64,000 bases of DNA from Eledone cirrhosa (taxonomy: Eukaryota), in the NCBI GenBank assembly GCA_964016885.1, contig OZ024765.1, forward strand, positions 5,642,001-5,706,000. Direction: 5' to 3'. Below the pieces are notes generated by a model. The model was given only the letters and a program-made list of their open reading frames with translations, was not told the DNA's origin and did no database searches. Below are positions 1 through 13,700 of the stretch, piece by piece (position 1 is the first letter of the stretch; every line of letters begins with the position of its first letter). The position numbers were made by a program, and so were the translations under genes.

Positions 1-818
1 CCTCTGCACACAATGCCCAGGTCTCACTGCCATGTAACATTGCTGTTCGTATGCAGGCATCATACAATCTGCCTTTCATTTTTAGAAAGAAACCTTTTGT
101 GGCCAACAGTGGTATAAGCTCTCTGAACTTTTTCCATCCCGTTCTGACTCTGGCTACTGTACTTTCAGAGCACCCTCCACCACTGCTGATTTTGTCACCC
201 AAGTAAAGGAAAGTGTCCACTATTTCTATAGAACCATCTGGGCAATAGAAGGAGCTAGTATCCTGTGGACACTTGCTACTTATTGCACCTGAGCATCAGC
301 TACATATAAAATCTACGTTCTTAGATAGTTTACCTGTGATCCCACTACATCTTTTATGTACCCATAGTTTGCATTTGGGACATAAAATGGAATTTCTACC
401 TACTCCTTTCCTACACACTGAGCATGGCCATTTCCCTGAGGGCACCTGTGCCTTATTTTCCTTTCTACATACTAGAACTTTAGTCTTAGACAAGTTAACT
501 TTAAGGCCTTTTGATTTTAGGCCATGCTTCAATGTTTGGAATTTCTTCTCTAGTTCAGCCATAGATTCAGCTATGAGAGTTAGATCATCTGCGCATAGAA
601 GTTCCCCTGGGCAGCCGGTCTTAAACTCCTCTGTTATAGCCTGAAGGGCAATAAATAGGAGGGGGCTAAGGACAGGGCCTTGATGAACACCAACTTTTAC
701 ACTAAATTCTTCACTATATTCATTGTTAATTCTAACCTTACTGACTGTTTCTTTATACATGGCTTGTATAGCTCTCACAAGCCTTTCATCTACACCTAGT
801 TTTCTAAGAGCCCACCAT
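1..818 (-). mobile_element. RTE-clade LINE fragment (RT C-terminal part plus Cys-rich finger)
   Basis: ORF 296..778 has GVHQGPVLSPLLF, LLCADD and WPCSVC; homologous to the element at 34.7-38.4 kb. Confidence 0.9.
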
Positions 819-855
819 AAAATGGAGCGGGGGGACTATATATATATATATATAT

Positions 856-1050
856 TCAAATGGCAAAGAAATAACAAAGCAAACAACGCACTACCAGGAA
901 GAAATATATTAGTTTTATGTTTGATATAGTAGGGAAATAGTCTTAATGATTCAGACACTAGTCCTTCATCAGAAAATTAAAGGAGAAATAGAAAGATTGA
1001 GGAGACGTGCAGTGGCAGAAATGAAAAATAAATTTTTTAATGAAAAAAAA
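856..1050 (-). mobile_element. Short dispersed repeat carrying a degenerate minimal hammerhead motif (941-976)
   Basis: Homologous to 19220-19390 and 29260-29460; minus strand reads CTGATGA-AGGAC-tagt-GTCT-GAAT. Confidence 0.55.
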
Positions 1051-1056
1051 CAATAC

Positions 1057-1793
1057 ATCATCATCATCACCGTTTTACGTCCGTTCTTCCATGCTAGCAT
1101 GGGTTAGACGGGTTGTCCTGTTGTGGGCAGTGTCTGGTCGGCTGACCTTGTCTTGCTCATACAGGAACTGATTTTGGCTTGATTTCTACAGCTGGATGCC
1201 CTTCCTAACACCAACCTCATTTACAGTGAGTGCTGGGTGCTTTTTTTCCGTGGCGCCTACACGTCCACTTTACAGTGGGAGGGTGTGGGGGCATATTGTC
1301 TATATGCTTCAGCTTGTACCCATGGGAGGTCAGGTACTCTGTATTACTGCGTGACGTCAGAGGTCACGGTCGTGTGTCATCGCCTTTGAGAGGTGCAACT
1401 GGGTAAGGTCGGCCCCTATCACCTCATCCCAGGTCTTCTTGGGTCTCCCCACTCCGCGGCTTCCATTGACTTCTAGTGCCCTGCACCTTTTTATGCAGCT
1501 GTCATCCTTCATACGCATCACATGTCCATACCAACGCAACTGCCTCTCCTGCACACAACATTTGATTCCTCTGATGCTCAGTCTCTCTCTCAATTCATTT
1601 ATGCTTTGCTGTTAGCGTATATTACTATTACACATCCATTGGAGCATGCAGGTTTCGTTTCTTTCTAATCTACGTAAGTCTTCCACCTTCAGCGCCCAGG
1701 TCTCACTACCATGTAACATTGCTGTTCGGATACACGCATCATACAGTCTGCCTTTCATTTTGAGGGAGAAGCCTTTTGCAGCTAGCAGTGGCA
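1057..1793 (-). mobile_element. 5'-truncated RTE LINE copy with (GAT)n tail
   Basis: Highly similar to 34709-35500; ends in (TA)n at its 5' side. Confidence 0.9.
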
Positions 1794-1979
1794 TATATAT
1801 ATATATATATGTATAATATATAATGAAAATGATTGTGTACAGTGCTCAGGTGCACTACAACTCATCAAACATACATGTATAGTACATAGAATAATGTATA
1901 TAAAATAAATGACTGGGTATTCATTTTGGATTATTTTTCAACTCCCTCCCTTATTTTTTATTTTAGATGAAAATTGTTG

Positions 1980-2144
1980 TACAGTGAAATTCCGTTATAA
2001 TGAAATTCACGGGGTATAAAAAAACATTGTTGTAACGGAAAATTCTTTATAATCAGATCAACTGAAACACATCAAACTTGTGGTCGGGGATTGAAAAAAG
2101 TTTCATTATACTGAAAAATTTGTTATAATGGAATTTTACTTGTA
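1980..2144. mobile_element. Tc1/mariner-pogo-like MITE
   Basis: Imperfect TIR CAGTGAAATTCCGTTATAA...TTATAATGGAATTTTACTTG flanked by TA. Confidence 0.6.
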
Positions 2145-2272
2145 CTACATTTTATAAATTACATTTGACAATCCTGCAATGTCAACTCTTTTTTGTTTCT
2201 TAATAACTTCATTTTATTTTCTTATTTAACCTTATTTCTTTTCTTTCTTAAAACAGATATCAAGCTATTGAT

Positions 2273-3739
2273 ATGGCTAATTCCAATCAGTTTGTTAATC
2301 AGGGATTCCACCCAGCTCATATGACAAGATCTTCCCCGTTTGTCACTCATGATGGTGGTTACTCATACAGTCATTCGCAATTGAACAGTGCTGCTCCAGT
2401 CTTTGTCCCGAACGAACATTATCATGCCGTCGCTAATGATGTCGTTCGGCCACCAGATGTTGTTGTGCAGCACCCAGCTCAAGCTATGGGTGTAAAGCCG
2501 TCATACGCTCCTACTTACAGTCAGTTTCCTGGACACCAAACAGTTCCGCGGGAGAACTATCTCCCTGAGAAGCGAAACGTGCTGAGAAACCAGCCGGAGA
2601 GTAATGAGAAGAGGGCTCCAAAATTCCACAACCCCGAAAGAAGACGGGGACGCTCTTATGGCCAGTATCCACGAAATAATGTGAGGACCCCCAATAATAG
2701 GGGTGCACGGTCTTACAGGGTAGACAACAGAGAGGGACAGTTTAACGAGAATGATGGCTCTGGGGTTACAGACCCCAACAGGTCTTCGTGGAATAGCCAG
2801 AAGAACTACTACAGGTCTACACCAAACCCCAAATCTAAATGGAACGAACCAAAGCATGTTACCTATCACGATGGGTCAATGCGGCCACATAATGGCCCGA
2901 GGGTACCACACAATGACCTAAGGGCACATGATGGACCTTGGCCTCCCCATGAGGGTCAATGGCCCTCCCATGATGGTCCGAGAGCACACGATAGCCAAAG
3001 GCCACAGTATGATTACCAGAATCAGAACAAGAAACAGCAGCCGCTGCGACAGAGAAATCACAACAGGTCATCGTTCGACAAGAACCCATATTACCATTCT
3101 GTAGCGACCGGGGAACCTCACAACGGTACCATTATGGTTGCTGCTTTTGAGGATGACAATAAAACATCACAACAACAACAACAACATCAAAGAAAGCCCA
3201 TGAGCGTAGAAGCTCACAATAGAAGTGCCACCTTTGTTGAGAACGACAGAATGGGTCATAACAGACTGGCAACGCCGAGAAGCCTTTCAAATATGTCTCT
3301 GCAAGAGAACTCTAACACAGCTGATCCTTACCATTCGAGGGGCCGAAACAAGCATGTGGTTAGCCACGGCTATTCAAGGAATGGAAGAGGTCGGTATGAT
3401 AAATCAACTGGGGAGAGGAACCCTAATAGAGATCAACAGCAAAGAGTAGCTTCAAATACGAAAGACCACCACAGTGTCTCGTCCTCTTCTACACATGGAA
3501 ACCAAGAAAGAACAGCCAGTTCGGAGTACCTACCGAAAAATAAGCAAAGCAGCAGATATGTGCCCCGTCCACCAGCAAGACGGTCAGAGGAAGATTATCA
3601 ACAGGCCCATTACAATAACTACTACTACAACAACCAGAACAACAACTACTACCACCATGATCGTGACTGGAGAGCTAAGAAGGAATATTACCATGAGAGG
3701 CACAACAGAGCATACTGTGATAAGAGAGAGTACGAAGAA

Positions 3740-3770
<31 letters not shown>

Positions 3771-3803
3771 CCAGTAAAGAAATGGATGATGAAAATCAAA
3801 GAG
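2273..3803 (+). CDS. NFX1: NFX1 coding exon 1 (510-aa low-complexity N-terminus)
   Basis: Acceptor after polypyrimidine tract (aaacAG 2256), ATG 2273, donor AGAG|gtatat at 3804, phase 1. An upstream non-coding exon is not identified. Confidence 0.88.
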
Positions 3804-6800
3804 GTATATGTGTTTTGTTTTAACCCTTTAGTATTTAGTTTACCCTATATATACTATTATATTTTCACAGTAAAGGTTTTACTTCACATAATTATCTCAC
3901 ATAATATTGAATCTCTGAGATTTTGAGAACAATACCTTAACATCAGTATGAGTGGCCAGTTACAGCTTGTTTTAACAGAAAGTGGTTAGAGAATTCTGGC
4001 CAGATATAGCCGATTTAAATGCTAAAGGGTTAAACTTACCAATTCTATATGACGTAAAATGATGATATATATATATACACACACACACACATATATATAT
4101 ATTTGAAGAAAGAGAAGAATGACTTCACTGGTGGCTGGTGTTCTTTAATAATTTAAATCTTTACAGAAAGTTATTGATATTAATCTATATATCTAAAACA
4201 GAGAATGTCTGTCTGTCTCCTTAAAAGTCGAGAACCACCCAACCGGTTTTTTTCAAACTTGACACATGTAATACTTATGGTCGTGTGAGTGTTTTGAGCA
4301 AAACACATTTCAAATTTTCATTAGGTGCCGGTTAACGATCTATCTCTCTTTCTTAGTCTGTCTTTTTAGATAGATACATAGCTATAACGTCGTGCCCTTA
4401 TAATATCTGTCTGTATGTCTGCATTATGACATTATGAAAACATTGACTTCGCTATCTGTGTGTATATATGTATATATAGTGTGTAACGTTTTTCGAAATA
4501 TTTACTTCTGCGTTCACAGATTGATTTTTTTAGTTTCAGAAGATCCCATTAAGGCTGAAAGCAGCGTTTGGTTGCTTAAACTTTAATCTGTTATTTTAAT
4601 AAATATATATATATATTCGTGTACAGATATTTTTGCATACACAATAACAAAATATAAACAAAGTATTTATTTAACGAGGCTCGACAGCAGCAAAATCAAC
4701 AACAAAAAAGAGAGGGAACGCAATTACATGCTTTTGAAAAATCTTAATGGAAAATTATTTGCCTATTCACCCAAGGCGACTTCACTTTTTATTAGGACTT
4801 CTGCATCAATACGAACATACGATGAGACTGTTTCAGAAAGGAGGGATAAACATGCCAATCTATGTTTAGAATCCCAAGCAACGCCGGGCCATTCTGCTAG
4901 TAATGACTTACTGTAAAGATTTGAATTGTTAAAGAACACTAGCCACCAATGAAGTCATTCTTCTCTTTATATATATACATAAAGTGCTTTAGCATTCACA
5001 TTACTCTATATATACTATTATATTTTCATGGTAAAGGCTTTACCTCGCATAATTATCTCCCATAATAGCGAATCTATGAGATTTTGAAAGTATTTATTTT
5101 GAGAACAATACCTTAACATCAGTATGAGTGGCCAGTTGCAGCCAGTTTCAACAGAAAGAGACAAAAAATTCTGGCCAGTTTTGGCCGGTTTGAACATTAA
5201 AGGGTCAAGGCGACAAGAATTACCAGTCTGATCCAAGGCAGAAATGAAATCATAACACATCTTATGTCTTTTCTTCTGGGGAAGTTGGCCCTGTTTCTCA
5301 AAGACTATAAATGTATAGAGAATATAGGTAGAGAATTATGGCCGCTTTGAACATTAAAGGGTTAAGCTAAGAAGCCATGACAATACTTTTCCCGTCATTT
5401 AGACAACGGTTATTTTGTTCATGGCTTATATTCAAGTTTATACAGTAGCTTTTTTTTCTTCTTTTTTTCCAGATTTGTTGAGTCAACAGCTGCGCAACTG
5501 CAAGTATGAATGCATGGTTTGTTGCTGTATTGTCTATCCTGATGCACCAATATGGAGCTGTGAACACTGTTTCAACGTCTTTCATATGCCCTGCATCAAG
5601 AAATGGGCTCTCTCACCTGCAGCTGCAGTCGTTACAGGTACCACCTATATTCCACACTCAGTCCATTAATACATTAGTATATTACATAATACATTATAGA
5701 CATTTTCAGAGGAATTATTACCATAATCTGTGTTATCAGTTGCTATAGATACAAAATTTCATTTGTTCTACCCTCTGGCCATCTTCGTAGGAACTATTAT
5801 TATTATATACCAGGCGGTGGATTGGCAGTATCGGTAGAGAGTCTGACGCCATGCTAGGGCGGTGGATTGACAGTATCGGTAGAGAGTCTGACACCATGCT
5901 AGGGCGGTGGATTGGCAGTATCGGTAGAGAGTCTGACGCCATGCTAGGGCGGTGGATTGGCAGTATCGGTAGAGAGTCTGACACCATGCTGGGGTGGTGG
6001 ATTGGCAGTATCGGTAGAGAGTCTGACGCCATGCTAGGGTGGTGGATTGGTAGTATCGGTAGAGAGTCTGACGCCATGCTAGGGTGGTGGATTGGTAGTA
6101 TCGGTAGAGAGTCTGACGCCATGCTAGGGTGGTGGATTGGCAGTATCGGTAGAGAGTCTGACGCCATGCTAGGGTGGTGGATTGGTAGTATCGGTAGAGA
6201 GTCTGACGCCATGCTAGGGTGGTGGATTGGTAGTATCGGTAGAGAGTCTGACGCCATGCTAGGGTGGTGGATTGGTAGTATCGGTAGAGAGTCTGACACC
6301 ATGCTGGGGTGGTGGATTGGCAGTATCGGTAGAGAGTCTGACGCCATGCTAGGGTGGTGGATTGGTAGTATCGGTAGAGAGTCTGACGCCATGCTAGGGT
6401 GGTGGATTGGCAGTATCGGTAGAGAGTCTGACGCCATGCTAGGGTGGTGGATTGGTAGTATCGGTAGAGAGTCTGACGCCATGCTAGGGTGGTGGATTGG
6501 TAGTATCGGTAGAGAGTCTGACGCCATGCTAGGGTGGTGGATTGGTAGTATCGGTAGAGAGTCTGACGCCATGCTAGGGTGGTGGATTGGTAGTATCGGT
6601 AGAGAGTCTGACGCCATGCTAGGGTGGTGGATTGGTAGTATCGGTAGAGAGTCTGACGCCATGCTAGGGTGGTGGATTGGTAGTATCGGTAGAGAGTCTG
6701 ACGCCATGCTAGGGTGGTGGATTGGTAGTATCGGTAGAGAGTCTGACGCCATGCTAGGGTGGTGGATTGGTAGTATCGGTAGAGAGTCTGACGCCATGCT

Positions 6801-9464
6801 AGGGTGGTGGATTGGCAGTATCGGTAGAGAGTCTGACGCCATGCTAGGGTGGTGGATTGGCAGTATCGGTAGAGCGTCGGACGCCATGTTAGGGCAGTGG
6901 ATTGGCAGTATCGGTAGAGGGTCGGACACCATGGTAGGGCGGTGGATTGGCAGTATCGGTAGAGGGTCGGACGCCATGCTAGGGTGGTGGATTGGCAGTA
7001 TCGGTAGAGGGTCGGACGCCATGCTAGGGTGGTGGATTGGCAGTATCGGTAGAGGGTCAGACACCATGCTAGGGTGGTGGATTGGCAGTATCGGTAGAGA
7101 GTCGGACGCGATGCTAGGGTGGTGGATTGGTAGTATCGGTAGAGGGTCGGACACCATGCTAGGGTGGTGGATTGGCAGTATCGGTAGAGGGTCGGACGCC
7201 ATGGTAGGGCGGTGGATTGGCAGTATCGGTAGAGGGTCGGACACCATGCTAGGGTGGTGGATTGGCAGTATCGGTAGAGAGTCTGACGCCATGCTAGGGC
7301 GGTGGATTGGCAGTATCGGTGGAGGGTCGGACGCCATGCTAGGGTGGTGGATTGGCAGTATCGGTAGAGGGTCGGACGCCATGGTAGGGTGGTGGATTGG
7401 CAGTATCGGTAGAGGGTCGGACGCCATGCTAGGGTGGTGGATTGGCAGTATCGGTAGAGGGTCGGACGCCATGCTAGGGTGGTGGATTGGCAGTATCGGT
7501 AGAGGGTCGGACGCCATGCTAGGGCGGTGGATTGGCAGTATCGGTAGAGGGTCGGACGCCATGCTAGGGTGGTGGATTGGCAGTATCGGTAGAGGGTCTG
7601 ACGCCATGCTAGGGTGGTGGATTGGCAGTATCGGTAGAGGGTCGGACGCCATGCTAGGGTGTAGGGTGGTGGATTGGCAGTATCGGTAGAGGGTCGGACA
7701 CCATGCTAGGGTGGTGGATTGGCAGTATCGGTAGAGGGTCGGACACCATGCTAGGGTGGTGGATTGGCAGTATCGGTAGAGGGTCGGACACCACGCTAGG
7801 GTGGTGGATTGGCATTATCGGTAGAGGGTCGGACGCCATGCTAGGGCGGTGGATTGGCAGTATCGGTAGAGGGTCGGACGCCATCGACTTACACCACTTT
7901 ACGGTCTGTGTTCAAATCCCACCGAGGTTAACTTTGCCTTTCATCCCTACGGGGTCGATAAAATAAAGTACCAGTAATGCACTGAGTAATTGCTGGCCTT
8001 GTGCCAAAAGTAGAAACAATTATTATATACCATGTTTTCAGACTAGTGTCCTCATATTAGCTGCTATTGACACAAAATTTAAGTCAATCCTACCCTCTGA
8101 TCATTTTCAGAGGAATTATTATCATTATTATAAACTGTGTCAGGGCGGTGGATTGGCAGTGTCGGTAGAGGGTCGGACGCCATGCTTTGCAGCATAGAGT
8201 TACGACCCTTTACGGTCTGAGTTCAAATCCCGCCGAGGTTAACTTTGCCTTTCATCCTTACGCAGTCGATAAAATAAAGCACCAGTAATGTACTGGGGTC
8301 GATTTAATCGACTTTCCCCCATCCCCCAAAATCACTGGCCTTGTGCCTATACTGGAAATAATTATTATAAAATGTGTTAAAATAAAGTACCAGTAATGTA
8401 CTGGGGGTTATTGCTGGCCTTGTGCCTAAAGTAGAAACAATTATTATAATCTGTGTTTTCAGATGACAACAAAGGCTGGAGGTGTCCTGTTTGTCAAACA
8501 GTAACAAACCACATTCCAAGACAGTACAGGTGTTTCTGTGGTAAGTTACTTGATTAGTTTTTTTTTTTGCTTTTTTGCTTTCATTGTTGTTTTTTACACC
8601 GCTGTAGTTGTCGTTAAGACGTCTGATAGAATGCTTTACGGTATTCGTCCCACTTCATGGCGTGCTCTGAGTTCAAATCCAGCCGAGGTCAACTTTTCCT
8701 TTCATCCTTTCAAGGTCGATAAAAAAGAAGTACCTACCAGTCCAGTACTGCGGTTGATTCTTCCTCTATAGAAAAAATTGGCTGTGTTCAGACCTGGAGA
8801 GGGTTGGGGTCAACCAGGTTTAAAAGTGCCCTAAACACGCTGTTTGACGGTGCCTCTACGACTCAACAAGGAGTTATGGGACATTTATCCTTCATCCTAG
8901 TTGTTGTGTATGTTAGGAATCAGTAGAGCATCGGTTAAAATACCAGTGTTATTTGTTAATAAAATAAAGTACCAGTAAAGTACTGGGATTAATAAAATAA
9001 AGTACCAGTAAACTACTGGCGTTAATAAAATAAAGTACCAGTAAACTACTGGCGTTAATAAAATAAAGTACCAGTAAACTACTGGCGTTAATAAAATAAA
9101 GTACCAGTAAACTACTGGCGTTAATAAAATAAAGTACCAGTAAACTACTGGCGTTAATAAAATAAAGTACCAGTAAACTACTGGGGTTAATAAAATAAAG
9201 TACCAGTAAACTACTGGCGTTAATAAAATAAAGTACCAGTAAACTACTGGAATTGATTTAATCAATTTTACCTTTCCTCCAAAATTTGCTGGCCTTGTGC
9301 CTGAATTAGAGATCAATATGTTTGTGATTGCAGGTAAAATGGTGAACCCCCAGTGGAACCATTACGACACCCCCCACTGTTGTGGTGATCCATGTCGGAA
9401 AAATAGGAGCCAATTTTGTCCTCACCCCTGTACATTGTAAGTTGTTTAGCAAGCTAGCTATTTT

Positions 9465-9495
<31 letters not shown>

Positions 9496-9521
9496 ATTTG
9501 TCTACGTCTCTCTGACTATGT

Positions 9522-9568
<47 letters not shown>

Positions 9569-9577
9569 ATTTCTATC

Positions 9578-9610
<33 letters not shown>

Positions 9611-9793
9611 TTCTATCTATCTATATATATATATGTGTGTGTGTATTTCTATCTATCTATATATATGTGTGTGTGTGTATTTCTATCTATCTATCTATAT
9701 ATATATATGTGTGTGTGTGTGTATTTCTATCTATCTATCTATATATATATATATATATGTGTGTGTATTTCTATCTCTAGCTCTCCCTCTCTT

Positions 9794-9844
<51 letters not shown>

Positions 9845-10701
9845 TCATCATCATCATTTTACGTCCGCTTTTCCCAGCTTGCAAGGGTGGGACGGGTCTT
9901 ATTCAGCACAGCATCTCTCCACTCGTCACGGTCCTTCGTCATCTCCACCGTGAGCTTCAATGATCTGAGGTCTGTTCTCACCACCTCCGCCCATGTTTTT
10001 CGTGGTCTACCTCTACCACGTCTTCCTTCAGCTGGCATTTCCTGGCACTTCTTCACCCATTGGTCATCCTCCATGCACATCACATGTCCATACCACCTCA
10101 GTCTCCTCTCTCGCACACTACATTCTATCCCTCTCAGACACAGTTTCTCTCTCAACACATCCATGCTGGGTTGTTCACGCACATTGACATTGCACATGCA
10201 ACGAAGCATGCTTGCCTCATTTCTCTCCAGCCGTGCATATCCTCTGCAGTTGCTGCCCATATATATATATATATATATATACATATGTGTCTTTCTATCT
10301 ATTTAAAAAGATATATATATATATAATAATAATAGTAATAAACGAAAGATATATACTTTATATCATCTCTATTTATTTCATTATATATGGCGGTGGATTG
10401 GCAGTATCGGTAGAGGGTCGGACGCCATGCTTTGATGCATAGAGTTACGGCCCTTGCTATTCTGAGTTCAAATCCCGCCGAGGTTAACTTTGCCTTTCAT
10501 CCTTACGGGGTCGATAAAATAAAGTACCAGTAATGTACTGGTAAATTTCTGGCCTTGTGCCAATAGTAGAAACAATTATATATATTTCAAAGATGTAAAG
10601 TTTTATGTAAAACATAAAGCAAAACATGTTCTCCTCAGATAAAAAAATTTTTCCTGATATGCTGGTAGACAAACGAACTGGACAGATTGGTGACCACCAA
10701 G

Positions 10702-10733
<32 letters not shown>

Positions 10734-13700
10734 CTTTCTATCTATATATATGTGTGTGTGTCTCTACCCCAGTAAATTTACTGAAAGGTGGGTGAATGTG
10801 GAAAAAATGGCCCGAGTGATAGGGCCTTCTCTGTATATAAACCTGTAGGTTGAAGAAGAGAGCAAAAGGAAGAAAGGATCACTTGCACAACACGCTCCTG
10901 AAGTTGAGGGTTGTTCTATCTACGGAGTATTAAACAACCCATTGGTGGCGCCTCCCCCCTATTGGGGATTTCGATTTTTATAATTGTTTGTTTTATATTT
11001 TTTACACGACTGTATGTAAAATCCCCGGCATGTCTTTGTATTGTCCCCTTTTCTTGTGCACCCTTGTGGCAAATAAAGAAATCTATCTATTTATATATAT
11101 TTTCGAAGAGATTGTTTCGGTAAAGGCAGGAGAAAGCTCTCAACATTCATAGTTAGTAGTTACAATGGCGATTCAGTATAATAACATCAATAAAGATGCT
11201 GATGTTACATAAATCGTTTATTCATTATAATTATTTCAACGGTTCTCCCATGCAATCAAGATGTAATTCATGCATTTGTTGTTGTTATGAGAACGGTGTC
11301 CTCAGATGAACTTCGATTTTGTGATATGCCGCCAGCAGGAAAAAAACACACGTCCTTCTGCTCGTGCGTCCAGCAGACAAATGAGTTCCTGAAAGGGTCT
11401 CCAGCCATCGTGTTTACTGGAGTAAAGTGCTATCCATGTATGTGTCTCTTACTATCTATCTATATATCTATATATATATATATATATGTGTGTGTGAGGT
11501 ACAGGATCAACCGCATGCTCAGCCAGATTCAACTAGTAATAGCTTTCTAGAAAATTTTCAAAGTTTGCTGTTGACCTAAGCACTACCACTTTACAGAGTG
11601 TATTGGACGTATTGTATCAAAGCCCCAGTACTACCACTTTACAGAGTGTATTGGGTGTATTGTATCAAAGCCCCAGTACTACCACTTTACAGAGTGTATT
11701 GGGTGTATTGTATCAAAGCCCCAGTACTACCACTTCACAGAGTGTATTGGGTGTATTGTATCAAAGCCCCAGTACTACCACTTTACAGAGTGTATTGGGT
11801 GTATTGTATCAAAGCCCCAGTACTACCACTTCACAGAGTGTATTGGGTGTATTGTATCAAAGCCCCAGTTCTACCACTTCACAGAGTGTATTGGGTGTAT
11901 TGTATCAAAGCCCCAGTACTACCACTTTACAGAGTGTATTGGGTGTATTGTATCAAAGCCCCAGTACTACCACTTTACAGAGTGTATTGGGTGTATTGTA
12001 TCAAAGCCCCAGTACTACCACTTCACAGAGTGTATTGGGTGTATTGTATCAAAGCCCCAGTACTACCACTTTACAGAGTGTATTGGGTGTATTGTATCAA
12101 AGCCCCAGTACTACCACTTTACAGAGTGTATTGGGTGTATTGTATCAAAGCCCCAGTACTACCACTTCACAGAGTGTATTGGGTGTATTGTATCAAAGCC
12201 CCAGTACTACCACTTCACAGAGTGTATTGGGTGTATTGTATCAAAGCCCTAGTACTACCACTTCACAGAGTGTATTGGGTGTATTGTATCAAAGCCCCAG
12301 TACTACCACTTCACAGAGTGTATTGGGTGTATTGTATCAAAGCCCTAGTACTACCACTTCACAGAGTGTATTGGGTGTATTGTATCAAAGCCCTAGTACT
12401 ACCACTTTACAGAGTGTATTGGGTGTATTGTATCAAAGCCCCAGTACTACCACTTCACAGAGTGTATTGGGTGTATTGTATCAAAGCCCCAGCACTACCA
12501 CTTTACAGAGTGTATTGGGTGTATTGTATCAAAGCCCCAGTACTACCACTTCACAGAGTGTATTGGGTGTATTGTATCAAAGCCCCAGTACTACCACTTC
12601 ACAGAGTGTACTGGGTGTATTGTATCAAAGCCCCAGCACTACCACTTTACAGAGTGTATTGGGTGTATTGTATCAAAGCCCCAGTACTACCACTTCACAG
12701 AGTGTATTGGGTGTATTGTATCAAAGCCCTAGTACTACCACTTCACAGAGTGTATTGGGTGTATTGTATCAAAGCCCCAGTACTACCACTTCACAGAGTG
12801 TATTGGGTGTATTGTATCAAAGCCCCAGTACTACCACTTCACAGAGTGTATTGGGTGTATTGTATCAAAGCCCCAGCACTACCACTTTACAGAGTGTATT
12901 GGGTGTATTGTATCAAAGCCCCAGTACTACCACTTCACAGAGTGTATTGGGTGTATTGTATCAAAGCCCCAGTACTACCACTTCACAGAGTGTACTGGGT
13001 GTATTGTATCAAAGCCCCAGCACTACCACTTTACAGAGTGTATTGGGTGTATTGTATCAAAGCCCCAGTACTACCACTTCACAGAGTGTATTGGGTGTAT
13101 TGTATCAAAGCCCCAGTACTACCACTTCACAGAGTGTATTGGGTGTATTGTATCAAAGCCCTAGTACTACCACTTCACAGAGTGTATTGGGTGTATTGTA
13201 TCAAAGCCCTAGTACTACCACTTCACAGAGTGTATTGGGTGTATTGTATCAAAGCCCCAGTACTACCACTTCACAGAGTGTATTGGGTGTATTGTATCAA
13301 AGCCCCAGCACTACCACTTTACAGAGTGTATTGGGTGTATTGTATCAAAGCCCCAGTACTACCACTTCACAGAGTGTATTGGGTGTATTGTATCAAAGCC
13401 CTAGTACTACCACTTCACAGAGTGTATTGGGTGTATTGTATCAAAGCCCCAGTACTACCACTTCACAGAGTGTACTGGGTGTATTTCATTGTGGGCCTGC
13501 AAAGACTAAAGATTGAAGGGACTTTTTCTACCCTATATTTAAATATTTCTATTTTAAATTTCAGATCCTGTCATCCTGGGCCCTGTCCTGCCTGTCATAT
13601 AAATATCTCGAAGAAATGTGTCTGCGGCAAAAATAGGTTTGTTGTCTGAACAATTCACTAAGCTCATTGTCATCCATTAGCTTGTGTCCATGGCGGGGCA

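Noticed and set aside
5736-7689. 612-638 aa repetitive ORFs on both strands
   Set aside because: Translation of a stop-free 45-bp SINE-derived array inside an intron
11598-13649. 683/637 aa repeat ORFs
   Set aside because: 48-bp minisatellite; only the last ~24 codons are a real NFX1 exon
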